From the NCBI GenBank assembly GCA_964016885.1, contig OZ024761.1:20708001-20772000 (forward strand): a DNA stretch of 64,000 nucleotides. Direction: 5' to 3'. The position numbers and the translations under genes were made by a program. Shown piece after piece: positions 1 to 12,400 of the stretch. Each line of letters starts with the position of its first letter. The stretch's first letter is position 1. The notes under the pieces are model-generated. The model worked only from the letters and a program-made list of their open reading frames with translations. It did no database searches and was not told the origin of the DNA. Source of the DNA: Eledone cirrhosa (lineage: Eukaryota).

Positions 1-230
1 ACAGACATGTGGTTAGAATGTCTGAGGAAAGAATCTCTGAATTGAGAGATCACAGCTCTGATACTACAGACATGTGGTTAGAATGTCTGAGGAAAGAATC
101 TCTGAATTGAGAGATCACAGCTCTGATACTACAGACATGTGGTTAGAATGTCTGAGGAAAGAATCTCTGAATTGAGAGATCACAGCTCTGATACTACAGA
201 CATGTGGTTAGAATGTCTCAGGAAAGAATC
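1..230 (+). repeat. 65-bp tandem array derived from RTE LINE coding sequence (continues off the left edge)
   Basis: Units start at 1, 66, 131 and 196. Confidence 0.95.
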
Positions 231-440
231 GCTGGACAGATTTTATTATGAGAAAAATCAACCTGCAGGAGACCCAGGGGTACACCCTGAGCAAGATGGT
301 TGGATAACATCCATGAGCTTGGCTGATCTCGCTTGGGGATCCAGCCAGATCAGTTGGAGACAGTTGCTTCTGACAGGACCTACTGGGAGGAGTATTTGAG
401 GACTGCCTCCACGACCTTGTCAGGAATAAGTGAGTAAAGA
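196..440 (+). mobile_element. RTE (Rex3/Expander-like) LINE 3' remnant
   Basis: Decayed HVVRMSQERIAGQILL...RRPRG..ARWLDNI...VASDRTYW. Confidence 0.65.
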
Positions 441-939
441 ATAAGAAGAAGGTCAGTTGTACAGTCTGAGGACACCTGAGGTCTTGATGGTGACCCCAGT
501 GCAAAGAGGAAGTGGCTGACCAAGCCCAGATAATTTCTTATCTTCCTGTCCTCTACACCTGTGTTTGCCACAAGGTTAAAATGGGCCATGGCGTATTTCA
601 GGTGGGCCACAGAAATTTTATAATTTTTACTGAGTCACTGGTTTAATATAGGGTCCACAGCTTATTAGGGCTTTTACTAACTACTATTCCATAAATTAAT
701 GAAATTAGATGCTTGTGAAATTGAGTGTGTGTCCCCAATAAATAGACATAGTTGTATCTTTATTGGATATATTCTATGGAAAATGGAAGTTATTTTGTTA
801 CACTATAATAATTTCATGGGCCACAGAAAAATTCTGGGTTCAAAGTGGGCCATGAGCTAAAATAAGGTTGTGAACCACTGGTCTACATTACAGGCCACAT
901 TACTGAAGTTGGAATGGATAGACCAGAACTAATTCTCAC

Positions 940-1006
940 CTTCACAATCACAACTTCCCCACGATCCAGAGAAACGTTTACTAAAGCTGTACATTTTCAG
1001 TCTCGT
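940..1006 (-). CDS. ZCWPW1: ZCWPW1-like exon [22 protein letters not shown], 67 nt (or terminal exon reading EGEN-stop at 931-929)
   Basis: Acceptor ttgttttgtttcAG. The only open frame is phase 0 and resembles the post-PWWP R...F..RF.GS segment of ZCWPW1. Donor AAG|GTGAGA at 940/939. Confidence 0.8.
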
Positions 1007-4000
1007 CTGAAACAAAACAAAAAATAAACATTGAAAGAAATAAAAAACAGAAAACAACAAAACATTAACCCTTTAGCATTTAAACCGGCCGTATCTAGCC
1101 AGAATTATTTCACCTCTTTCTGTTCAAACTGGATGTAACTGGCTACTCATACTGATGTTAAGTTATTGTTATCAAAAATAAATAACATCAAAATCTCATA
1201 GATTCGATATTATGTGAGATTACCATGACAATACAATAGTATATATAGAGTAATGTAAATGTTATGTGAGATATTATGTGAGGTAAAGCCTTTACTGTGA
1301 AAATACAATAGTATATATAGAGTAATGTAAATGTTATGTGAGATATTATGTGAGGTAAAGCCTTTACTGTGAAAATACAATAGTATATATAGAGTAATGT
1401 AAATGTTATGTGAGATATTATGTGAGGTAAAGTCTTTACTGTGAAAATACAATAGTATATATAGAGTAATGTAAATATTATGTGAGATATTATGTGAGGT
1501 AAAGCCTTTACTGTGAAAATACAATAGTATATATAGAGTAATGTAAATGTTATGTGAGATATTATGTGAGGTAAAGCCTTTACTGTCAAAATACAATAGT
1601 ATATATAGAGTAATGTAAATGGTATGTGAGATATTATGTGAGGTAAAGACTTTACTGTGAAAATACAATAGTATATATAGAGTAATGTAAATGGTATGTG
1701 AGATATTATGTGAGGTAAAGACTTTACTGTGAAAATACAATAGTATATATAGAGTAATGTAAATGTTATGTGAGATATTATGTGAGGTAAAGCCTTTACT
1801 GTGAAAATACAATAGTATATATAGAGTAATGTAAATGGTAAAGGTTGATTGTTTCTGGTTTGTAGGGAAATTTAGTATCTTTTTCTGTCCCCTTTCCATG
1901 AGGTGGGGTTGTCACAGTCCAAGAGTAAATACAGGGTGTTCCTAAAAATTGTATACACATATTGATTACCTGTACAAACAATATTTATCAGAATGCTATT
2001 GAAGTGTGTATAGATTCGATGTTATGTGAGATATTTATGAGAGATAAAGCCTTTACCATGAAAATACAATAGTAAATATAGAGTAATGTAAATACTAAAT
2101 GGTTTATGTTTGTATATTTGTAAGATTTAATGTTTAGTTTCAGTGTTTTAATCCTATTAATGTAGTGTTAGCAGGACAGTCCATATAAGGGCGGAAGAAG
2201 ATATATTGATTTAGCATAGAATTATGACGAGTCAAGAAATCAATCATAAAATGCTAAACACACAATCAATATCAATGTACAGATTCTTTGTCCAATCACC
2301 ACCTCCACCTCTTCATCACCTCCACCACCACCTCACTCACCATTTCTTCCACTACCACTTCGTTCACCACCACCACCACTTCCTCCACTACCACTTCATT
2401 CACCACCACCTCCATCACCACCTCAACCACCCTCACCACCACAACAACAACAACAAATTAGGGACCATAATATTCACACATTTGTTGTATAAGATGTTGG
2501 CATTATTTGACACACTATAGGGTGGTGGATTGGCAGTATCGGTAGAGGGTCGGACACCATGCTAGGGTGGTGGATTGGCAGTATCAGTAGAGGGTCGGAC
2601 ACCATGCTAGGGTGGTGGATTGGCAGTATCAGTAGAGGGTCGGACACCATGCTTTGCAGCACAGTTACGTCCCTTTACGAACTGAGTTCAAATCCCGCCG
2701 AGGTTAACTTTGCCTTTCATCCTTACGGGGTCGATAAAATAAAGTACCAGTAATACACTGGGTAATTTGCTGGCCTTGTGCCTAAAGTAGAAATAATTAT
2801 TTGACACATTTCGAGAGGGTTGTATAAACAACAAACATTACATCATACACAGTAAAAAAATATATATATATATATATAATGAAATTATTGTGTAGTGCTC
2901 AGGTGCACTACAACTCATCAAAGGTGCATGTCAGGTAAACAATATATTAATTGTAGTGTGCATTGATTATATAACTTACCTTTAGTTCCAACTCTACAGC
3001 TTCATTTGCAGATTTAATGGCTTCATTTCTCTGATCTGTCATAGAGTATTTCACCTGAAACATGAAGAGAAGGATATGTACATTTTTAAATTCAGAAATT
3101 CAGAGAGTGTAGCTGAGATCAGAGAGTGTACTGGGTGTATTTTATAGCGACACCAGTACTGTCACTTTATAGAGTGGACTGGGTGTATTTTATAGCGACA
3201 CCAGTACTGTCACTTTACAGAGAGTACCAGGTGTATTTCATTGTGACACCAGCACTGTCACTTTACAGAGTGTACTGGGTGTATTTTATCATGACACCAG
3301 TACTGTCACTTTACAGAGTGTACTGGGTTTATTTTATCATGACACCAGTACTGTCCTTTACAGAGTGTACTGGGTGTATTTTATAGTGACACCAGTACTG
3401 TCACTTTACAGAGTGTACAGGATGTATTTTATCATGACACCAGCACTACCACTTTACAGAGTGTACTGGGTGTATTTTATCATGACACCAACACTACCAC
3501 TTTACAGAGTGTACTGGGTGTATTTTATCATGACATTAGCACTACCATATAAGAATGAAACAGCCATAATAATTATATATATGTATACATATATATATAT
3601 ACATATATGTACCACAACATCCAGTCCACTGTAATGTGGCCGTGTAGGTAACACGGTAAAAAGTTCCCAGTCCACACTGTAAATGTGGTTGGTGTTAGGA
3701 AGGACATCCAGCCGTAGAAAACCTGCCAGATAGTCCTATACAAGCGAGACATGGTCACCCGACCAATCTTGCCTTAAGTGGGACAACTCTCGTCTAACCC
3801 ATGCTAGCGTGTGAGATAGACGTTAAACGATGATGATGATGATGATGTATATACTCACATTTTCGCTAGATAATGGTGGATGGTCACCTTTCTCAAATGG
3901 TTTCATACTGGCAACAGGTACCCAGGCCCGAGAAACCTTTTTACCAAAGAAGACCACGTGGTAGTACGCCTAAATAAAACAGAACCAATAACAGAATTAA

Positions 4001-4781
4001 TGATGACAGTAAGAACAAAATAAAATTAATAATAGAAAAATACTGAGGGGTTTGCCAGATTCACTCCTCTTCACTCTGGTTCCCTTCGAGATTTCCGATG
4101 TCCTAGGTCCCCAAACTAACATTTTCCTTTGCAAAATCAGATAAATAGCCGCCCGCCTAAAGAAGTAATAGCTGTCCGACTGTGAAGTGTTGCAGAAGAA
4201 GGTGTCACTGGGCTGTTCTCCATGGCAATTTCTTCAACAACCTTTGCTGGACATGTGCCTCGGATTGGAACTTTCTAGGTGCAAATCCTATGGTTATGTG
4301 TGACCAAAAGGGGTCTTTACCCTATATATATATATATAGGATAAAGACCCCTTTTGGTTAGTTTCAGAAGATCCCGTTAAGGGTGAAAGCAGCGATTCTT
4401 TGCTTAAACTTTAATCTGTTATTTTAATAAATATTTGCTCTACGGTTCTTATATATTTGATATATATTTATCCTTATCGAGCCCTCTTTGGATTTTAGTC
4501 TTCAAATTTATTATTATTACTATATATATATATATATCATCATCATTTTACGTCTGCTTTTCCCTGCTTGCAAGGGTGGGACATAAATATTTAATATAGA
4601 AATGGCTTCTACAAGACTAGAACTGTTTCATTTGAAGGAAATCATCAGGATAGCTCTGATGATTTCCTTCGAATGAAACAGTTCTAGTCCTGTAGATGCC
4701 ATTTCTATATTAAATATTTATACTTTGTTATGTATTGAGTACCTTACTTACTGTGGTTACCCCCAATTGAACCCGGGATAC

Positions 4782-4814
<33 letters not shown>

Positions 4815-7248
4815 GTACACCATATCCCTGAATCTCGTATGAGGCAACTAAAAAGGTTTTGTGAGAGGAAGGGCATCAGGTTGTAAAACATTGCCTCAAA
4901 ACATCCTGTCAAACCCCGGAAGGATTTGAAAAGGCAAAGCTAACCTCTCCAGGATTTGAACTCAGAACATAAATGGCCATAAACTGTAATATTGGTTTCT
5001 GATTTAGGCACAAGGCCAACAACTTTGGAGGGAGAGGGGAAAGTTGATTAAATCAACCCCAGTGCATTACTGGTACTTTATTTTATCATTCCGATCCTGG
5101 AAAGATTTGAGAAGGCAAAGCTATAACTTGGGCAGGATTTAAACTCAGAACATAAATGGCCGTAAACTGTAATATTGTTTCTACTATTGGCACAAGGCCA
5201 GCAATTATCCCAGTGTATTACTGGTACTTTATTTTATCGACCCGTAAGGATGAAAGGCAAAGTTAACCTTGGCGGGATTTGAACTGTAATATTACAACCA
5301 CAACAGTTGATACAGTTTCATCAGTGAATCATTTATATTAGAATATTTTACCTGTGAACGAGTTCACCTGAAATTATCTTTTTTTTTATGAGATTTCATT
5401 ACATTTCCGTTACATAATTTATATTTTTTTCTCTTTCTTCTTTTCATCTAATGAAATATTAGATATTTTAGAAATCAGAAATAATGTTTTTATTTCAATC
5501 TAAAGCACATTTATGTTGGTTTACTGGTAAACACAGTTGATTTATTTCTTAACTTTCCTTGTATTTTTTATTTCTGTGTGTTTTGGGGTTTTATAAGATT
5601 CTTCTCATTGAATTATTTGATTTTCTTTGTTTTGTTTTAGTTTTCAATTATTTTTATTTTGCAACTGCTACTAACCAAGAGATGTGATTTAATACCGATT
5701 TAATACCGAAGCTGTAAACAAAACAAACTAACTATTCCAATACTGAAGCTGTAAAAAACCCCCACAAAACAAACAAACTATTTAATATTTTGATTGCTAT
5801 GTTTTAACAACATATATCGAGGAACTGGTAGAAGTGTTGAAGTAAATAAAGGAGAATGTTAGGAATAAATTCAATATCATTTTACAATAGTTTCGGCTTT
5901 CTAATCCTTAAGTATTATTTCTGAGGTTACACAACACTAAACTGTAGCTATTGAGTCCTTGCTATCGTCATCATCATCATCACCACACTGTAAAGTGGTA
6001 ATGTTGCTGTGATGATAAAATACACCCAGTACACTCTGTAAAGTAGTAGTGTTGGTGCCATGATAAAATACACCCAGTACACTCTGTAAGGTGGTAGTGT
6101 TAGTGTCATGATAAAATACACCCAGTACACTCTGTAAAGTGGTAGTATTGGTACCACAATAAAATACACCCAGTACACTCTGTAAAGTGGTAGTATTGGT
6201 ACCACAATAAAATACACCCAATCCACTCTGTAAAGTGGTAGTGCTTGTACCACAATAAAATACACCAAGTCCACTCTGTAAAGTGGTAGTGCTGGTACCA
6301 CAATAAAACACACACGATAAAGGCCATAGAGTGGTTGACATTAGGGAGGGTACCCGGTAGAACCTTACTTAAAATGCAACACATGAACAAAACACAGTCA
6401 TCTGACCAAGTAGTCTATTATTCAGAACACGAAAACCCGTCTAACCCACGCAAACATGGAAAATAGACATAAAACGACGGCAATGATGGTGATGGTGATA
6501 GTGGTGGTGATGATGGTGGTGGTGGTGGTGGTGATGATGGTGATAGTGGTGGTGGTGATGGTGATAGTGGTGGTGGTGATGATGATGGTGGTGGTGGTGA
6601 TGATGGTGATAGTGGTGGTGGTGATGGTGATAGTGGTGGTGGTGATGATGATGGTGGTGGTGGTGATGATGGTGATAGTGGTGGTGATGATAATGGTGAT
6701 AGTGGTGGTGGTGATGATGGTGGTGGTGGTGGTGATGATGGTGATAGTGGTGGTGATGATGGTGATAGTGGTGGTGGTGGTGATGGTGATGATAATGGTG
6801 ATAGTGGTGGTGATGATGGTGATAGTGGTGGTGGTGATGATGGTGATAGTGGTGGTGGTGGTGATGGTGATGATAATGGTGATAGTGGTGGTGATGATGA
6901 TAATGGTGATAGTGGTGGTGATGGTGATGAATATAATTAAGAGAGTGGAATATTGTTCCCCCCATAACAAATAAACAACTCAACTAAGTGTACATTGATT
7001 TCTCCATTGTTTAAACTATACATCTGTGGCAAGTCTGCTGCACTATCATGTAACTGTTGGCAAGACCAGTTGAAGAAAGCAGTATTTTAGGATTGGCCAC
7101 CTTTAACTAGAGGTGTTCTAATATATTTACCTCTCATATTCCACAATTATTTCATTGTTCTCGTTTACAGTGGACATTTAGAAGAACTTTTATTTCCATT
7201 ATTGATTCACACACACATACATACACACATACATACATACACACACAC

Positions 7249-7284
<36 letters not shown>

Positions 7285-7397
7285 CATCATTGTCGTGGTT
7301 TTAATGTCTGTTGGACAGGTCTACATAGATCAAGTCAGTACTGAAGTGGTAGCTACTGATCCCCTCCTAGACAAGCCAGGGGTCTATGTCTCATATA

Positions 7398-7451
<54 letters not shown>

Positions 7452-7533
7452 AACTTCCCCCCCACTCTCCTGAGCGTGAATTTAATAAACATTTATTGTA
7501 TTGCCTCTCTGTTCTGTCCCTGTTCAATTTTTC

Positions 7534-7571
<38 letters not shown>

Positions 7572-9177
7572 CATCGCCGTTTAACGTCCATTTTTCATGG
7601 TACCAACATATCACTTTACAGAGTGTATTTTATCATGACACCAGCACTACCACTTTACAGAGTGTACTGGGTGTATTTTATCATGACACCAGCACTACCA
7701 CTTTACAGAGTGTACTGGGTATATTCTATCATGACAACAGCACTACCACTTTACAGAGTGTACTGGGTGTATTCTATCATGACAACAACACTACCACTTT
7801 ACAGAGAGTACTGGGTATATTCTATCATGACAACAGCACTACCACTTTACAGAGTGTACTGGGTGTATTCTATCATGACAACAACACTACCACTTTACAG
7901 AGAGTACTGGGTATATTCTATCATGACAACAGCACTACCACTTTACAGAGTGTACTGGGTGTATTCTATCATGACAACAACACTACCACTTTACAGAGTG
8001 TACTGGGTGTATTCTATCATGACAACAGCACTACCACTTTACAGAGTGTACTGGGTATATTCTATCATGACAACAGCACTACCACTTTACAGAGTGTACT
8101 GGGTGTATTCTATCATGACAACAACACTACCACTTTACAGAGTGTACTAGGTGTATTCTATCATGACAACAGCACTACCACTTTACAGAGAGTACTGGGT
8201 ATATTCTATCATGACAACAGCACTACCACTTTACAGAGAGTACTGGGTATATTCTATCATGACAACAGCACTACCACTTTACAGAGAGTACTGGGTATAT
8301 TCTATCATGACAACAGCACTACCACTTTACAGAGTGTACTGGGTGTATTCTATCATGACAACAGCACTACCACTTTACAGAGTGTACTGGGTATATTCTA
8401 TCATGACAACAGCACTACCACTTTACAGAGTGTACTGGGTATATTCTATCATGACAACAGCACTACCACTTTACAGAGTGTACTGGGTGTATTCTATCAT
8501 GACAACAGCACTACCACTTTACAGAGTGTACTGGGTGTATTCTATCATGACAACAGCACTACCACTTTACAGAGTGTACTGGGTGTATTCTATCATGACA
8601 ACAACACTACCACTTTACAGAGTGTACTAGGTGTATTCTATCATGACAACAGCACTACCACTTTACAGAGTGTACTGGGTGTATTCTATCATGACAACAA
8701 CACTACCATTTTACAGAGTGTACTGGGTGTATTCTATCATGACAACAACACTACCACTTTACAGAGTGTACTGGGTGTATTCTATCATGACAACAGCACT
8801 ACCACTTGTAAAACCAGCAAGCTATTAATTACAATCTAATTCTATTTTTGTTTATTAAGACTGAAAGCCATTTTACTTGATATGACTTCAGTGGTTGTGC
8901 TGTACAATGGAGGTATTATATCAACAGTTGGAATTATCATAAATCAATAGACAGAGGAAAACAGCCACTGTCTGTGTACAGCATATGGCATATAGACATA
9001 GATGACAACAAACTGTATAGGTTCTTCTGTAAAACACATGTTGTTGATGTTGTTGTTGTCGTCGTCGTACCTCTACAATGACTCTTCACCGACTTTTAGA
9101 CATTTATACATACATATATCAAGTAGAAATATATTGATTTTTAATTTTACATAAAATGGTTTGTCCAGAGACTTACA

Positions 9178-9247
<70 letters not shown>

Positions 9248-9362
9248 ATTAGAAAGTGAACAACACAAAATATTACTCCATTACCAAAGGTTTCTGGATC
9301 ACAGACGATATTAAAATACGTCTGGATACATAGGGCGCTCTTTTTTCCTTCGGAATTACCTA

Positions 9363-9403
<41 letters not shown>

Positions 9404-12400
9404 GTAGTGCTGGTGCCTCATCAAACAGCACCCAGTCCACCTTGTAAGATGATCGTAGCAGTACTAGAATAAACTGGAGGAGATTAAAATTAAGTGTTTC
9501 TCTCAAGAACACACTGACCCCTTCCCACACAATATTAGGGTCGTTAGTCTAACCCCCCTACTTACTGACCCCTTCCCACACAATATTAGGGTCGTTAGTC
9601 TAACCTCCCTACCTACTGACCCCTTCCCACACAATATTAGGGTCGTTAGTCTAACCTCCCTACCTACTGACCCCTTCCCACACAATATTAGGGTCGTTAG
9701 TCTAACCCCCCTACTTACTGACCCCTTCCCACACAATATTAGGGTCGTTAGTCTAACCTCCCTACCTACTGACCCCTTCCCACACAATATTAGGGTCGTT
9801 AGTCTAACCCCCCTACTTACTGACCCCTTCCCACACAATATTAGGGTCGTTAGTCTAACCTCCCTACCTACTGACCCCTTCCCACACAATATTAGGGTCG
9901 TTAGTCTAACCTCCCTACCTACTGACCCCTTCCCACACAATATTAGGGTCGTTAGTCTAACCTCCCTACCTACTGACCCCTTCCCACACAATATTAGGGT
10001 CGTTAGTCTAACCCTCCTACTTACTGACCCCTTCCCACACAATATTAGGGTCGTTAGTCTAACCTCCCTACCTACTGACCCCTTCCCACACAATATTAGG
10101 GTCGTTAGTCTAACCCCCCTACTTACTGACCCCTTCCCACACAATATTAGGGTCGTTAGTCTAACCCCCCTACCTACTGACCCCTTCCCACACAATATTA
10201 GGGTCGTTAATCTAACCCCCCTACTTACTGACCCCTTCCCACACAATATTAGGGTCGTTAGTCTAACCTCCCTACCTACTGACCCCTTCCCACACAATAT
10301 TAGGGTCGTTAGTCTAACCCCCCTACTTACTGACCCCTTCCCACACAATATTAGGGTCGTTAGTCTAACCCCCCTACCTACTGACCCCTTCCCACACAAT
10401 ATTAGGGTCGTTAGTCTAACCCCCCTACCTACTGACCCCTTCCCACACAATATTAGGGTCGTTAGTCTAACCGCCCTACCTACTGACCCCTTCCCATACA
10501 ATATTAGGGTCGTTAGTCTAACCGCCCTACCTACTGAGCCCTTCCCACACAATATTAGGGTCGTTAGTCTAACCCCCCTACCTACTGACCCCTTCCCACA
10601 CAATATTAGGGTCGTTAGTCTAACCCCCCTACTTACTGACCCCTTCCCACACAATATTAGGGTCGTTAGTCTAACCGCCCTACCTACTGACTCCTTCCCA
10701 CACAATATTAGGGTCGTTAGTCTAACCGCCCTACCTTCTGACCCCTTTCCATACAATATTAGGGTCGTTAGTCTAACTCCCTACCTACTGACCCCTTGCC
10801 ACACAATATTAGGGTCGTTAGTCTAACCCCCTACCTACTGACCCCTTCCCACACAATATTAGGGTCGTTAGTCTAACCCCCCCCCTACCTACTGACCCCT
10901 TTCCACACAATATTAGGGTCGTTAGTCTAACCCCCTAACCCCTGAGCCATAAGCCCTTCACACATATAATATATTTGTCTACTTACAGGGTACATACACT
11001 CTTCCACTTCAAATTCAAAGTATGATGTGTAATCAGGATCTATTTCAACCATTGCTGGCCACCTGCAATTTGATAAGGGATAAAAAAAAAGGGGGTCATT
11101 AGTTGGCATGTCTTTGGTCAGAGATCTGGTTGACCAGGGCCTTACCTGGGGTTAAATAACATGATGATGATAGTGGTGTTGGTGGTGATGATGGTGGTGG
11201 TGATGGTGGTGGTGGTGATGATGGTAGTGGTGATGGTGGTGGTGATGACGATGGTACTAGTGGTGATGATGGCGGTAGTGATGGTGATGGTGATGATGGC
11301 GGTGGTGATGGTGATGATGGCGGTAGTGATGGTGATGGTGATGATGGCGGTAGTGATGGTGATGATGGCAGTAGTGATGGTGATGATGGTGATGGTGATG
11401 GTGGTGATGGTGACGATGGTGGTAGTGGTGGTGATGATGGTGGTAGTGATGGTGATGGTGATGGTGATGATGGTGATGGTGATGATGGCGGTAGTGATGG
11501 TGATGGTGATGATGGTGGTAGTGGTGATGGTGATGGTGGTAGTGATGGTAATGAATAAAAAACAATACATGAAATGAAGCAGGTAATCAAAGTACTGGAA
11601 TATTGATCTGAAAGGACTCAGACCAAATTATGAAAGAAACCCCCTCAATTTAACCCTTTCTCACATCAACAATTTCGAGGAGAGGGGAAAGTTGATTAAA
11701 TAGACCCTAGTGTATCACTGGTACTTTATTTTACACACACATTCACACCAACACACGTACACAAACACACACATTCACACAAACACACACACATTTACAC
11801 AAACACATTCACACCAACACACACACATTTACACAAACACATTCACACCAACACACACACATTCACACCAACACACACATTTACACGCAAACACATACAC
11901 ATTTACACAAACACACACATTTACACCAATACACACACACATTTACACAAACACACACACATTCATACCAACACACACACATTCATACCAACACACACAC
12001 ATTTACACAAACACACACACATTTACACAAACACACATTCACACACACATTCACACACACACACACACATATTCACACAAACACACACATTCACACAAAC
12101 ACACACAAACACACATTCACACAAACACACACAAACACACACATTCACACAAACACACACACACATTCACACAAACACACACACATTCACACACTGTGTG
12201 GAGGACGGAAGTCACTTAAATTTCTATAGAGATCTGACGGTCGACCAATTCTGCCAACCCACCCCAGCCCCACCCTCCTGCCCTACCCCCCTCGGTGAGG
12301 TCATAATATTAAGTAGCAGAAATACAGAGAAGACAACAATGGCTTCTCTCCTTTTATAAATAATTGACCTTGTTTGTGCCTAGCCAATACAGATCAATAC

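Noticed and set aside
5295-5327. Minus-strand CTGATGA
   Set aside because: No stem II/GAAA partner.
5352-5712. Possible extra minus-strand exon (acceptor tttgtttacAG, donor AG|GTAAAA)
   Set aside because: Immediate in-frame stop, A-rich low complexity, and the flanking PWWP exons already join in frame.
9503-10756. 417-aa [20 protein letters not shown] with CGK, superficially like a zinc finger
   Set aside because: A 51-bp minisatellite with no C2H2 His/Cys spacing.
9514-10935. Interstitial telomere
   Set aside because: Only one TTAGGG per 51-bp unit and no tandem (TTAGGG)n.
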